From Deltaproteobacteria bacterium (GTDB lineage: Bacteria; SAR324; NAC60-12): a stretch of 64,000 nucleotides of DNA. The notes beneath the pieces are model-generated. The model was not told the DNA's origin. It worked only from the letters and a program-made list of their open reading frames with translations, and searched no databases. The DNA lies in assembly GCA_038150265.1 (NCBI GenBank), contig JAYOTF010000007.1, forward strand, positions 1 to 64,000. The letters are read 5' to 3'. A program made the translations under genes and the position numbers. Each line of letters opens with the position of its first letter. Within the stretch, counting starts at the first letter, position 1. Positions 1-12,344 of this stretch are shown one piece after another.

Positions 1-210
1 TCTCAGGATGGGGCCAAACGGTTGCTGGCAGTTTCCAATTCCGGGTGCCTTGGGTTCACCGGTGGGGATTGCGGAGTTTGGCTGCGGCGTAGACGGCCTT
101 GTGCTTGCTCCTTGAACGCCTCCCTCTGGGCAGGATGGCTCGTGCGGTCCAGGTTTCTGAAAGCTGGCTTCATCAGTGATGTCAACAAAATATGCCGAGG
201 CACCTACAGC

Positions 211-396
211 GTGTTTTTGAAATGGATTCTGGCCGCTGCGGTTGTTCTTACCGTCGCTCTGGTCGCAGTGCCTCTGTTTTTCGTCTGGATCGAGAAGAGT
301 CAGGCCAGAGAGAACACCCTGCGCCTAAAAGAGCCGCTACGGGAGCAGCAAGCGTCTGCTAAAGTGGCTGTTACTGTGTTTTCCCGCTCAGGTTAA
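211..396 (+). CDS. possible small membrane protein (hypothetical)
   Basis: 3' part of ORF 22..396 from GTG at 211 encodes a hydrophobic helix (WILAAAVVLTVALVAVPLFFVW) and a charged tail; start uncertain. Confidence 0.35.
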   Translation: MFLKWILAAAVVLTVALVAVPLFFVWIEKSQARENTLRLKEPLREQQASAKVAVTVFSRSG

Positions 397-512
397 AAGG
401 GAACCACCACAAAAAATTGACATTTTCAAGGAATTGCGAGAGAAGAGCGCGTGTTTGCCCTCCCCTGAGGGTTCAGAGGAGGCTGCTCTTGGAAACTCAA
501 CTTGGAGGTGTC

Positions 513-995
513 ATGGAAGCATTGAGCACAGATCGTCCACGGGAGTCAGAGAATTCCGCAGCATCCGGAACCCTTGCCTCCCTCCTGGAGCGCAAAGGCT
601 CCTACGTGGTGTCGGTGGATCCGGAATGCACTGTCAGTGAGGCAGTGAAGATCATGTGTCGGACCAAGGTTGGGGCCGTCATTGTGTTTGAACACCAGGC
701 GCCAGTGGGGCTCTTCACGGAGCGTGACGTGATGCACCGCGTGGTCGCGCTTGACTCGGATCCTGCACGGGTCCGGGTGAAGGAGGTGATGACGTCTCCG
801 TTTGCGTCTGGAACTCCGGAGCTGGACATCCTGGAGGCAGCGGAGATGATGAGCCAGAACCGCATCCGGCACCTGCCCGTTCTGCAGGGAGGTCAGCTGC
901 TGGGAATGATCTCTTCCGGAGACATCCTGGCGTGGAAGCTCCACAGCAACGAATCCATGATGCGGCACATGGAAGACTACTTCTTCCGGCACTAA
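513..995 (+). CDS. CBS-domain (tandem CBS pair) protein
   Basis: GGAGGT Shine-Dalgarno before ATG 513; motifs VGLFTERDV, VKEVMT, IRHLPV, GMISSGD. Confidence 0.9.
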   Translation: MEALSTDRPRESENSAASGTLASLLERKGSYVVSVDPECTVSEAVKIMCRTKVGAVIVFEHQAPVGLFTERDVMHRVVALDSDPARVRVKEVMTSPFASGTPELDILEAAEMMSQNRIRHLPVLQGGQLLGMISSGDILAWKLHSNESMMRHMEDYFFRH

Positions 996-1056
996 CCCCA
1001 CCCTCAGGTGCAGCCAGGCTGCACCCTTCCCCTCTTCTCTTATCCTTCCTTTAATT

Positions 1057-2214
1057 CTAGGCCAGGCGGCGCTGGAGAGAGGCCTTGAGGGCCTGATTGA
1101 ACTGTTCCGGAGGCCAGGCTTCCTGAAGCGCACGGAGCACCAGCGCCTGCTGGGTTTCCGGAGCCGATCCGTGCAGCGGTGGGTCCGAGTCGAGGTTGGT
1201 GGGGAAGGAGTAGCCGTCAGCCACTGAGCCTCCGAGCCAGCGGAGGGCTCCGGAGGGGAGCTGCTGGTGGGTGTGCTTCTGAAGCAGGTAGGGGTAGCTC
1301 TGCGTGATCAGCGTTTCCCAGTTGATCGTCTCCATCGTCTTGCCAAACGCGACGGAGACCTGAAGGAGGTTGGCAATGCGGTCGTGGCCCTCCCGGTTGG
1401 TCCCCGCGGCATGAAAGAGGGCAGGGCTGAAGAAGACGGCGTCACCTTTGCGCAGAGGGAGCTGCACCGCGTGTTCCTCAAAGAAGGCGGCAAACTCAGG
1501 CTGTCGCCACGCCAGGTAACCCAGTGGATACTGCTGAGAGAAGGGCAGGAGCAGGGTGGGGCCAGAAGCAACGGTCATGTCGGTGTGAGCCACGGCCCCC
1601 TGGAGCGTCAGGAACTGAGAGGCCACCTGCACCGAGACCGGGAACTGCTCGACAATGGCGTCCTCCTGAAAGCCGAGGTGGTAGTCTCGGTGCGGCTTCT
1701 GCGCCTGCCCGCCGGGTTTGACGATGTTGACCTGAGAGGTCATCTGAAAGAAGGGGCCCAGCCACGCTTCGGAAACGAGCCCCAGGGCCGAGTTGGTGTA
1801 GTAGTCGATGAAGGTGGCCGGGTCGGCTTCTCCAAACTTCTGGAGCGCGTTCCAGATCCGTTCGTTGTCTCCGGGTTTGGCAAAGTGATCCCCGCGGTGC
1901 TGGGACTGTTGCTTCTCCTGGGCGATGATGTGCTGGAACACCTCAGTGGCGCGATCAATGACAGCGAGGTCGGTGAGGGCTTCCTGGATGACGAGCACGC
2001 CCGGACCGTCCTTGAGCGCCCGGTGCAGCTCGGCTTTCAGCGCAACTTCCTGGTCCGGAGTGACCGCATGGCGGAAGGTGGTTCCGGAGTAGATCAGAAT
2101 CTTCTTCTGGACGTCTGAGGCGAGCGGGTACTCCGCAAGCGTCACTTCCTGAGAGCAGAGGGCGGCGAAGTCTGGAAGGTGGATGTCAGTGGCGCGGGCA
2201 AATTCCTGGGGCAT
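1057..2214 (-). CDS. phytanoyl-CoA dioxygenase (PhyH) family Fe(II)/2-oxoglutarate dioxygenase
   Basis: HxD motif PHRDYH, distal His in LFHAAG, conserved Arg in DRIANL; last gene of the ABC operon. Confidence 0.85.
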   Translation of the reverse strand: MPQEFARATDIHLPDFAALCSQEVTLAEYPLASDVQKKILIYSGTTFRHAVTPDQEVALKAELHRALKDGPGVLVIQEALTDLAVIDRATEVFQHIIAQEKQQSQHRGDHFAKPGDNERIWNALQKFGEADPATFIDYYTNSALGLVSEAWLGPFFQMTSQVNIVKPGGQAQKPHRDYHLGFQEDAIVEQFPVSVQVASQFLTLQGAVAHTDMTVASGPTLLLPFSQQYPLGYLAWRQPEFAAFFEEHAVQLPLRKGDAVFFSPALFHAAGTNREGHDRIANLLQVSVAFGKTMETINWETLITQSYPYLLQKHTHQQLPSGALRWLGGSVADGYSFPTNLDSDPPLHGSAPETQQALVLRALQEAWPPEQFNQALKASLQRRLA

Positions 2215-2223
2215 TGAGGCTCC

Positions 2224-3021
2224 TCACGAGGGGGGTGCAGCGGTCCGTTCAAATTCCTGGAGCTCGTACTCCAGCTCCTGAAGTTCCTTGCCGCCGGCCA
2301 TCATCTGCAGCACGTCCTCACGGCTCACTTCGCTCTTGCGGAAGGTGCCCATGCTCTGGCCCCGGTTCAGGAGCGTGAACTTGTCAGCGATGGGGTAGGC
2401 GTGGTGGACGTTGTGAGTGATGAGGATGACGGCGAGGCCCTGTGCCTTGGCCCGGGCAACGAAGCGCAGGACGATGGAGGACTGCTTGACCCCCAGCGCG
2501 GCCGTGGGCTCATCAAGGATCAGCACCTTGGCGCCAAAGTGAATGGCGCGGGCAATGGCCAGGCACTGGCGCTCCCCTCCGGACATGGTGCCCACCGCCT
2601 GATTGGGATCGCGGACCTTGATGCCGATCTCGTCCATTTTCTGCTTGGCCACCCGGTCGGCGGTCTCATGGTCAAAGCGCTTGAACGGCCCCCAGCCCAC
2701 CTCGGGTTCACGGCCCATGAAGAAGTTGCGGGTGACGCTCATCAGGGGCACCAGCGCGAGGTCCTGGTAAACCGTGGCAATGCCCTTGTCCAGCGCGTCT
2801 CGGGGCGAGCTGAAGAGCATGGGGGTGCCATCGAGCAGCAGCTCGCCTTCATCAGGTCGGTGGACCCCCGCCAGGGTCTTGATGAGGGTGGACTTTCCGG
2901 CGCCGTTGTCCCCCAGCAGGCAAAGGATCTCTCCTGCATTGACGGAGGTGGAGATGCCCTTGAGCGCAATGACGGAGCCAAAGTACTTGCTAACGTTTCG
3001 TAGCTCAATCGTCTCACTCAT
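2224..3021 (-). CDS. sugar (inositol-type) ABC transporter ATP-binding protein
   Basis: Walker A GDNGAGKS, signature MSGGERQ, Walker [11 protein letters not shown] at 3021 overlaps the permease stop. Confidence 0.92.
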   Translation of the reverse strand: MSETIELRNVSKYFGSVIALKGISTSVNAGEILCLLGDNGAGKSTLIKTLAGVHRPDEGELLLDGTPMLFSSPRDALDKGIATVYQDLALVPLMSVTRNFFMGREPEVGWGPFKRFDHETADRVAKQKMDEIGIKVRDPNQAVGTMSGGERQCLAIARAIHFGAKVLILDEPTAALGVKQSSIVLRFVARAKAQGLAVILITHNVHHAYPIADKFTLLNRGQSMGTFRKSEVSREDVLQMMAGGKELQELEYELQEFERTAAPPS

Positions 3022-4160
3022 CAGCGCGCCTCCGTGACTTTTTTGCGGATGAAGTTGTTGAAGATGACGGCAATCAGCAGCATGCCTCCGAGGAAGACCC
3101 GGAACCACGAGGAGTCGATGCCCATGAAGAAGATCCCCATCTGGACCACGCCGAAAATCAAGGCCCCGAAGCAGGCTCCCACCACCGAACCGTAGCCTCC
3201 GGTGAGCAGGGCTCCTCCGATGACGGCTGCAATGATCGCCTCAAACTCCTTGAGCAGGCCCCGGTCCGCCGCCGCTGACCCAAATTCGATGACCTGACAG
3301 GTGGCATAGATCGTGGCACAGAAGGCGGTGAACATGAACAGCAGGATCTTGACGCGGTCGGCCGGCACACCCACGTTCCGGGCGGCAAGGGCATCTCCTC
3401 CGGAGGCGAAGATCCAGTTGCCAAAGCGCGTCCGCTGCAGCACCCACTGGCAGATGAAGACCAGCGCAATGAACCAGAGGATGACAGCAGGAATGCCCTG
3501 CACCAGTGGCGTCCCATCGGCAAAGGTCTCCATCCACCCGTTCTCGCCCAACCACTGAAAGAACCCCTGGAACGCCTTGCCTCCAAAGAGTGGGGCCAGC
3601 CAGTCTCCTTGTTCCTCAGCAACATCCCGGACGCCTCCGATGATGGTGCGGTTCGTAAAGTACTGCGAGAGCCCAATGGTGAGCCCCCGGAGGATGAAGA
3701 GAAACGCGAGGGAGACAATGAAGGAAGGCAGCCCCGTCTTGACGACAATGTAGCCGTTGAGGAAGCCAATCGCCATGGCCCCCACAAAGGCAAAGAGGAT
3801 GGCAAGCCACACCGGCCACCCCCAGAAAACCGAGGGAATGGCGACCATCATGCCGGCAAAGCCGATCATGGAGCCAATGGAGAGGTCGAACTCTCCGGCG
3901 ATCATCAGCAGGCAGGCGCCAATGGCAATCAGGCCCAGCTGAGCGGAAACGGTGCTCCAGTTGAGGATGCCGTCAGGGGCAAACATGCCGGTGTCGCCTG
4001 CTGTGATGCCAAAGAAGACAAACACCAGCAGGGCTCCAGAGATGGCCCCGAGTTCAGGTTTGTTGAGTTGCTTGCTGAGAAAGGAAACCTCACGGAGCCG
4101 CTCATCGCTTCCGGAGGGAGCGGCTGCCGCCGAAGCAGAAGGGGTCGGGTCGGACGGCAT
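3021..4160 (-). CDS. sugar (inositol-type) ABC transporter permease
   Basis: multiple TM helices; [36 protein letters not shown] (RbsC/BPD_transp_2 motifs). Confidence 0.92.
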   Translation of the reverse strand: MPSDPTPSASAAAAPSGSDERLREVSFLSKQLNKPELGAISGALLVFVFFGITAGDTGMFAPDGILNWSTVSAQLGLIAIGACLLMIAGEFDLSIGSMIGFAGMMVAIPSVFWGWPVWLAILFAFVGAMAIGFLNGYIVVKTGLPSFIVSLAFLFILRGLTIGLSQYFTNRTIIGGVRDVAEEQGDWLAPLFGGKAFQGFFQWLGENGWMETFADGTPLVQGIPAVILWFIALVFICQWVLQRTRFGNWIFASGGDALAARNVGVPADRVKILLFMFTAFCATIYATCQVIEFGSAAADRGLLKEFEAIIAAVIGGALLTGGYGSVVGACFGALIFGVVQMGIFFMGIDSSWFRVFLGGMLLIAVIFNNFIRKKVTEAR

Positions 4161-4191
4161 GAATCGGGATGACGTTGGAGGTCGCAGGACG

Positions 4192-4211
4192 AGGGACCCC
4201 GGAGGGTCCCT
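4192..4211 (-). other. intercistronic stem-loop after the binding-protein gene
   Basis: minus strand AGGGACCC-TCCG-GGGTCCCT: 8-bp stem with a C(UCCG)G tetraloop; such hairpins often stabilise SBP mRNA. Confidence 0.55.
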
Positions 4212-4223
4212 GAGGAGGCCAGT

Positions 4224-5183
4224 TTAGCGGTACTCGCCAGCCAGCTTTTCAACGAGAGCCACGTTATCCTTGGTGACAAAGCCGGGGCCGGAGTTGACGT
4301 TGTTGCCCGGCAGCACCCCATAGCGGTTGTAGAGGGTGAGGACGGTGACCGGGATGTAGCCCTGCAGGAACGGCTGCTGGTCGATGCCGAAGGCAATCAC
4401 GCCCTCCTTGATGCCCTGGGCGATTTCTCCGCTCAGGTCAAAGGTGCCGAAGAAGATCTTCCCGGATTGCCCCATCTTGCTCAGCGCCCGCAGAGTCGGA
4501 TGCGCCGAGGTCGGCCCCAGGGTGAGGATGCCGTTGGTGTCGGGGTTCGTGCGCAGATACGCCTGTACTTTATTCTCAATTCCAGTAGGATCCTGCCCCG
4601 AGTCAATCATCTGATCGCCTAGCTCGACGCCCAGTGCATCAGCGAACCCCTTGCAGCGCTCGACAGAAGCGGGGTTGGTGATGTAGTGGTTGACGCAGAG
4701 GAATCGGGTGACGCCGGCATCCTTCGCCTTCAGACCGGCGCCGTATCCGGCGTCATACTCCGGTTGCCCCACGTACATGAGCGCCCCCAGTTCCCGAGCC
4801 TGGTCCGGCGTTCCGGAGTTGATGGCAATCACCGGAATGCCGCGCTTGACGGCGTTCTGGATCGGCCCCTTGAGGACGTCGTAATCGGCAATGGTGGTGA
4901 TGATGCCATTGGGGCGCGAAGCCGTGGCCTGCTCAATGATCCGGGCCATGTCGGCAAGGTCACCCGTGGGCGGGTTGCGGTACTCCACTGTCACGTCCAG
5001 CTGCTGACCCGCTTCCCTGATCGCATTCTTGATCGTATTCCACCACGAGTCTGAATCCGGAGCATGGCTGACCAGAACAAACCGCTCTCCAGCGGCCTGC
5101 GCCACTCCCGTTGCACCCAAAACCATCAGGCCGGCAGCGGCCACAGCGAACAGCTTGGTGAGCTTATTCTTCAAAAATTTCAT
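4224..5183 (-). CDS. sugar ABC transporter substrate-binding protein (inositol-binding-like)
   Basis: signal peptide (AQA|A); periplasmic binding protein type I motifs GIPVIAINSG, YVGQPEY, IDQQPFLQGY; GGAGAG SD. Confidence 0.9.
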   Translation of the reverse strand: MKFLKNKLTKLFAVAAAGLMVLGATGVAQAAGERFVLVSHAPDSDSWWNTIKNAIREAGQQLDVTVEYRNPPTGDLADMARIIEQATASRPNGIITTIADYDVLKGPIQNAVKRGIPVIAINSGTPDQARELGALMYVGQPEYDAGYGAGLKAKDAGVTRFLCVNHYITNPASVERCKGFADALGVELGDQMIDSGQDPTGIENKVQAYLRTNPDTNGILTLGPTSAHPTLRALSKMGQSGKIFFGTFDLSGEIAQGIKEGVIAFGIDQQPFLQGYIPVTVLTLYNRYGVLPGNNVNSGPGFVTKDNVALVEKLAGEYR

Positions 5184-5234
5184 CTTTCTCTCCTAAGCAA
5201 TTGTTGAGGGGGAAGGCCAGACCTTCCGTTTTTC

Positions 5235-5274
5235 AGAAAAAAAATTCCCAAAAAACCTGTAATGGAATATATTC
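5235..5274. promoter_or_regulatory. candidate RpiR/IolR operator(s) in the divergent promoter region
   Basis: AGAA-N6-TTCC at 5235-5248 and perfect palindrome GAATATATTC at 5265-5274 resemble the GGAA-N-TTCC IolR motif of alphaproteobacteria. Confidence 0.35.
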
Positions 5275-5330
5275 ACCAAATTAAGGGCTGTCAAGAGTTT
5301 TTGAACTAAAAAATTTCAAGTTGAGGAGAA

Positions 5331-6170
5331 ATGGAAAAAAGCATTGAAATGGAGCCGCAAACCTATCCGGAACTGCGGTCTCGTCTGCTTGAGCACCAGC
5401 GCCTGAGCCCCCGCCTGCGGCAGATCGGGAGCTACGCGATGGCGAACCCGAACGTGATGGCGCTGGAGACGATCAGTCAGATTGCCGAACGGGCAGAGGT
5501 GGCCCCTTCGAGCCTGATTCGCTTTGCGCAGGCGCTGGGGTACCCGGGGTTTTCTCAGATGCAGAAGGTGTTTCGGGAAGGGCTGCTGGAGAGCATTCCA
5601 GACTACCAGGCTCGCCTTCAGGCAGGAAAGCAGCGGGAGCAGGTTCCGGGAGACACCCGGCTGGCGCACTTTACTCAGGGAGCCGAGGTGTCGCTGCGGC
5701 AGTTGGAAGAGAGCGTTTCAGATGAACAACTGCACGCTGCGGTTGCGTTACTGGCTGAGGCGAACCGAATTCATGTGCTGGCTCACCGGCGCTCCTTTCC
5801 CGTTGCCAGCTACCTCGCTTATGCGCTCAACCACCTCAATCAGCCCACCCACCTGCTCGATGGCATTGGCGGGCTGCTGCAGGAACAGGTGAAGACGGTG
5901 CTGGAAGGAGACCTGTTGCTGGCGATCAGCTTCAAGCCCTATGCTCCGGAAGTCCGGGAAGTGGTGGAGAAGGTGGCTCGGCAAGGCGCCAGGGTTTTGG
6001 TGATCACGGACTCGCCGCTGAGCCCGCTGGTGCCGCATGCCGCGCTTCACTTGGAGGTCCGGGAGAGCGAGGTCTCCGGGTTCCGGACCCTCTCCTCAAC
6101 GTTGTGCCTGGCGCTGGCACTGGTGGTGGGGCTGGGGAATCACCTGGAGCAGGAGGCTGCCTCCGTGTGA
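5331..6170 (+). CDS. RpiR/MurR family transcriptional regulator (IolR-like)
   Basis: N-terminal HTH (IAERAEVAPSSLIRFAQALGYPGF) plus SIS domain (ISFKPY, ITDSPLSPL); divergent from the ABC operon. Confidence 0.9.
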   Translation: MEKSIEMEPQTYPELRSRLLEHQRLSPRLRQIGSYAMANPNVMALETISQIAERAEVAPSSLIRFAQALGYPGFSQMQKVFREGLLESIPDYQARLQAGKQREQVPGDTRLAHFTQGAEVSLRQLEESVSDEQLHAAVALLAEANRIHVLAHRRSFPVASYLAYALNHLNQPTHLLDGIGGLLQEQVKTVLEGDLLLAISFKPYAPEVREVVEKVARQGARVLVITDSPLSPLVPHAALHLEVRESEVSGFRTLSSTLCLALALVVGLGNHLEQEAASV

Positions 6171-6210
6171 GAAGGCAGCGGCTGGAGAGGACAGGGAAGC
6201 GGAGGGCGGC

Positions 6211-8706
<2,496 letters not shown>

Positions 8707-8768
8707 GGGGAAGCTGAATGCAAAAGAAACAGAAGGAAACCGGACCCGCAGGTCCGGAGACAGGGCAA

Positions 8769-9245
8769 TTACAGAGTCTTCACCACGTACTCGTGGTCAC
8801 GCTTCTGCAGCACTTCGAACGTTTCCATCACGTCGCCCTGCTGGATGGCATTCACGACGTCCAGACCCTCAATGACCTTGCCAAAGACGGTGTGGCGTCC
8901 GTCCAGGTGGGGCTGGGGACCATGGGTGATGAAGAACTGGCTGCCGTTGGTGCTGGGGCCGGCGTTGGCCATGGAGAGGATGCCTGCGGCGTCGTGGCGT
9001 CGGTGCGAGACAAACTCGTCTCCAAAGCGGTAGCCAGGGCCTCCGGTGCCAGTGCCCTTGGGGCAGCCCCCCTGAATCATGAAGTTCGCAATGACCCGGT
9101 GAAAGGTCAACCCGTTGTAGAAGCCTTGTTCCGCCAGAGCGATCATGTTGGCAACGGTGTTCGGGGCGTCGTCTTCAAACAGCTCCAGGGTGATGTCACC
9201 GCGGTTGGTCTGAATCCGGATTTGGGGGAGGGCTTCTTCAGTCAT
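8769..9245 (-). CDS. cyclophilin-type peptidyl-prolyl cis-trans isomerase
   Basis: [41 protein letters not shown]. Confidence 0.96.
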   Translation of the reverse strand: MTEEALPQIRIQTNRGDITLELFEDDAPNTVANMIALAEQGFYNGLTFHRVIANFMIQGGCPKGTGTGGPGYRFGDEFVSHRRHDAAGILSMANAGPSTNGSQFFITHGPQPHLDGRHTVFGKVIEGLDVVNAIQQGDVMETFEVLQKRDHEYVVKTL

Positions 9246-9284
9246 GTCGGTTTGGTTTGGGAAAAGGGGGTGGTGAAGGGGGAC

Positions 9285-9599
9285 CTACTGTCCCTGAAGC
9301 AAACTGCTGAGGTCAAAGTCCGAAAGGGCCGCCGAGGTTTCAGAGTCCACCCAGGCGCCTTCTTCAAAGACGATGAGCTTCTCAATGCCCCGGAAGGGGC
9401 TCAGCACCTTGACGTAGGAGGAGTCTTCCTCTCCCTTGAGGACGACCTCGGTTTCCGTCTCCTTGGTGACCGTTCCGGAGTAGAGGATGCGGTCCGACTT
9501 GGGGACGGTGATCTTGGCTCCGTCGATCTTGATGGAGGGCGGACGGGTAGGGTCAGGCCGCTTGAGGGCCTTATCCAGCATTCCCTTGATGGCAGACAT
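9285..9599 (-). CDS. hypothetical protein (104 aa)
   Basis: ATG-started ORF filling the gap between bolA and the cyclophilin gene, same strand, typical codon usage. Confidence 0.7.
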   Translation of the reverse strand: MSAIKGMLDKALKRPDPTRPPSIKIDGAKITVPKSDRILYSGTVTKETETEVVLKGEEDSSYVKVLSPFRGIEKLIVFEEGAWVDSETSAALSDFDLSSLLQGQ

Positions 9600-9628
9600 A
9601 GGAAGATCGAGAGGTGCAGGCGGTTGGG

Positions 9629-9874
9629 TTACGGAGCAACGGTTTCCAGCTGGTCGACCGCATGGACGGGGGCATTGCTCCCTGCCATGAAGGGCTGAAT
9701 GGCCCCATAGACCATGCGTTGCTTCTCCAGGGTTCGCTTTCCTGAAAACTCGGGAGAGACGACGCGGATGCTGAAGTGACCGCCATTGCCAGTCACCTGG
9801 GCCTGGGAGTTGGGGATGGCGGCTTCAATGGCCGTCTTCATTTGTGCTTCCAGGGAATCCCACGGTTGGGTCAT
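9629..9874 (-). CDS. BolA/IbaG family protein
   Basis: GGHFSIRVVSPEFSGKRTLEKQRMVY...VHA; ATG at 9874 just after the iscA stop. Confidence 0.9.
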   Translation of the reverse strand: MTQPWDSLEAQMKTAIEAAIPNSQAQVTGNGGHFSIRVVSPEFSGKRTLEKQRMVYGAIQPFMAGSNAPVHAVDQLETVAP

Positions 9875-9876
9875 GA

Positions 9877-10245
9877 TTACATCCAGCTGGGGGTGAAGGT
9901 TTCCTGAGCCGCCGGGGTGTCGTACATGAACGACGTCTTGCACCCGCAGGAGCTTTTGGCCGATGGGTTGTTGAACTTGAGCCCTCGGTCCATGAGGCTG
10001 TAGCTCCAGTCCACTTCGGTGCCGTCAATGTAAAGGTGGCTTTTCTTGTCGACGAGGACCCGGAGGCCGTGGGACTCGAACTCGAGGTCAAACCGGGTCT
10101 TCCGGGAGTCGAAGTCGAGGGTGTAGGTGAAGCCGGAGCATCCGCCTGCCTTCACGCCCACCCGCACGGCGATGTCATCGCCCACGCCTTGATCGGCCAT
10201 GATGTTGCGGATCTCCTTTGCCGCATTTTCGGTAAGAGTGACCAT
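9877..10245 (-). CDS. iscA: iron-sulfur cluster assembly accessory protein (IscA/ErpA/HesB family)
   Basis: GGCSG and CGCKTSF motifs; ATG at 10245. Confidence 0.92.
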   Translation of the reverse strand: MVTLTENAAKEIRNIMADQGVGDDIAVRVGVKAGGCSGFTYTLDFDSRKTRFDLEFESHGLRVLVDKKSHLYIDGTEVDWSYSLMDRGLKFNNPSAKSSCGCKTSFMYDTPAAQETFTPSWM

Positions 10246-10250
10246 GGTGC

Positions 10251-10658
10251 TTAGTGTCCTTCGCTGACCAGGTTGCGATTCCACGATGGAATTTCCACGA
10301 CCAGATCCGTGCTGCCGTCAGGCACACACTGGCACGCCAGCCGCGACTGCGGTGTCAGGCCCGGGGCCAGGTCCAGCATGTCTTCCTCGTCCTCGGTAGC
10401 CTCGTTGCAACTGGGTTCTCCTTCGCGGACGATCACATGACAGGTGGAGCAGGCGCAGACCCCTCCGCAGGAGTGGTCCAGATCGAGTCCAGCATCCAGG
10501 GCAATCCGCAACAGTGAACCCGGAAGCCCGTCTCCGTCCATCCGCAGCTCACCGGGGTGGACTTCCACCACCTTGCCTTCTGGCAGGAAGGTCACGCGGT
10601 AGGGTTTTTGAGGGAGGGTGTATTCGGCTTGTTCGATGTAAGGATTCAGCCCAGACAT
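10251..10658 (-). CDS. fdx: [2Fe-2S] ferredoxin, ISC/adrenodoxin type
   Basis: HSCGGVCACSTCH and SRLACQ; likely start MSGLNPY at 10658. Confidence 0.9.
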   Translation of the reverse strand: MSGLNPYIEQAEYTLPQKPYRVTFLPEGKVVEVHPGELRMDGDGLPGSLLRIALDAGLDLDHSCGGVCACSTCHVIVREGEPSCNEATEDEEDMLDLAPGLTPQSRLACQCVPDGSTDLVVEIPSWNRNLVSEGH

Positions 10659-10789
10659 GGTTCCATCACTTTGAGAATGATTTGAGGAAAGATGTTTCTG
10701 ATAATGATAACGAAAAGCCTCCTTGATGTCCATCGGAAAGCCACCCGGAACCCGCCAGGCGGGCAGAACATCACACTGCTGGGAAAAAC

Positions 10790-10818
10790 TTGCAACTTTG
10801 TTGATAAATCCGTAATTT
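10790..10818 (+). promoter_or_regulatory. putative sigma70 promoter for the atp F0 cluster
   Basis: TTGCAA-17 bp-TAATTT upstream of 10840. Confidence 0.4.
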
Positions 10819-10839
10819 AAGTGGTTTTTCTGGAGACGC

Positions 10840-11076
10840 ATGAAATTTCCGCAGCTTGATCCCAAATTTATGGCCTTCAGCTCCATGGGGTTGGAGTTGG
10901 GACTGTCGGTGATTGTCGGCTTCCTGGTGGGCAGCTGGCTGGATCGTTTCTGGGGAACGGAGCCCTGGCTCTTCCTCGTCTTTGGCATCTCCGGGATCAT
11001 TGCTGGCTACCGCAGCGTGTTTCGCCTGCTGAAGAAGCTGCGTCAGGAACACGACGCCTCGGAATCCTCCTCATGA
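10840..11076 (+). CDS. AtpZ/AtpI family ATP synthase accessory protein
   Basis: GLELGLSVIVG...GSWLDRFWGTEPW; first gene of the F0 cluster. Confidence 0.88.
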   Translation: MKFPQLDPKFMAFSSMGLELGLSVIVGFLVGSWLDRFWGTEPWLFLVFGISGIIAGYRSVFRLLKKLRQEHDASESSS

Positions 11077-11522
11077 CTGAACCTCCTGCTTCGGCTGCCG
11101 ACCCGACGCCTCCGGAAGGACCCCCCACCGAGGGACCCGGATCGTCTGAGCTGGCTGCGGCCCAAGACATCCAGCGGCTGCTGGTGATCTGCAGCGGACT
11201 CCTGGCCCTGGTGGCCGCCTTCCTGGACCTTGACTATTTGCCCGGATCTGTGCTAGGTTCTGCGGTTGTCGGATTCAACTTGCACTGGACCATCGGCTTT
11301 GTGCGGTCCCTTCTGGAAACGGGACGGGTCGCTGCTGGACAGGTGCTGGTGCATCTCCTGAAGTTTGGAGCGTCCGTTCTGGTGCTGTACCTGGCGCTCA
11401 TTCCCCTGGGCGTTCCTCCAATCGGACTCCTGCTCGGACTTTCAAACATTGTCTTTGCCGTCGCCTGGCACTCGGTTCAACGGCAGAAAGCCGCGTCCCG
11501 CGACTCTGAACCTTCACGCTAA
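11073..11522 (+). CDS. atpI: ATP synthase subunit I-like membrane protein
   Basis: four hydrophobic segments, located between atpZ and atpB, ATGA overlap. Confidence 0.75.
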   Translation: MTEPPASAADPTPPEGPPTEGPGSSELAAAQDIQRLLVICSGLLALVAAFLDLDYLPGSVLGSAVVGFNLHWTIGFVRSLLETGRVAAGQVLVHLLKFGASVLVLYLALIPLGVPPIGLLLGLSNIVFAVAWHSVQRQKAASRDSEPSR

Positions 11523-11534
11523 GAAACCTCAAGA

Positions 11535-12308
11535 ATGAAACGCGTTCCCTTACTTCTGGCTGCTCTGGCCTCCGGAACCTCAGCGTTTGCTGCTGAAGGT
11601 GGATTTACCTGGTCCCACGCCCTGCTGGGGAGCTTTGAAGAGCCCCTCGCCCACATGGGCATTGATCCCGTCCCGGTGCTGGACATGCTGCTGCTGGCCG
11701 TCATCCTGATCGCGTTTGCCTACGTGGCCGGAAAGCCCTTCCGCAACGGAGTCCGGGAAGCAACAGGGAAAGCGGATCTGGCGAACTTCACGGAGGTCAT
11801 GGTTCAGAGCATCCTCAACTTCCTCAGTGGCATCATTCGCCATGGAGTCGGCGCCCGGCCGATCCTGCCGCTCCTGGGAACGTACCTGCTCTTCATCTTT
11901 GTCCTCAACTTCTCTGGTCTGATTCCCGGGTTCAACCCCCCGACGGACCAGTTCAACGTGACCATCGCCTTTGCGATCATCATCTTCCTGGTCACGCACT
12001 ACCTGGGCATCCGCCAGCACGGCGGCCACTACATTCAGCAGTTCCTGGGGCCGATGCCGGTTCTGGCACCTCTGATGCTGCCGATCGAACTGATCAGCCA
12101 TCTGGTGCGGCCTCTTTCGCTTTCCATCCGCTTATTCGGCAACATGACGGGAGACCACAAAGTCCTGGTGATCTTTTCGTCAATCCTGGCGGTTGGCCTG
12201 CCGATCCCCTTCCTGGGGCTTGGCATCCTGGTGTCAGTGCTGCAAGCCTTTGTGTTTGTGCTGCTGTCTGCCATTTATTTTGAACAGGCCATGAGCGAAG
12301 CTCACTGA
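11535..12308 (+). CDS. atpB: F0F1 ATP synthase subunit a
   Basis: PIELISHLVRPLSLSIRLFGNM (essential Arg), LQAFVFVLLSAIY. Confidence 0.97.
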   Translation: MKRVPLLLAALASGTSAFAAEGGFTWSHALLGSFEEPLAHMGIDPVPVLDMLLLAVILIAFAYVAGKPFRNGVREATGKADLANFTEVMVQSILNFLSGIIRHGVGARPILPLLGTYLLFIFVLNFSGLIPGFNPPTDQFNVTIAFAIIIFLVTHYLGIRQHGGHYIQQFLGPMPVLAPLMLPIELISHLVRPLSLSIRLFGNMTGDHKVLVIFSSILAVGLPIPFLGLGILVSVLQAFVFVLLSAIYFEQAMSEAH

Positions 12309-12344
12309 GCCTCTTCCCCAACTTTTCACCATCAAGGAAACTCC

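Noticed and set aside
3..203. 66-aa minus-strand ORF at the window start
   Set aside because: No motif or clear SD, and it conflicts with an overlapping plus-strand ORF; cannot be supported.
10659..11000. long N-terminal extensions in the ORF track for fdx (also csd6-like 39040-39327, peptidase 36553-36726, ABC ATPase 3022-3108)
   Set aside because: They overlap neighbouring genes or promoters; downstream starts give proper signal peptides or family N-termini.
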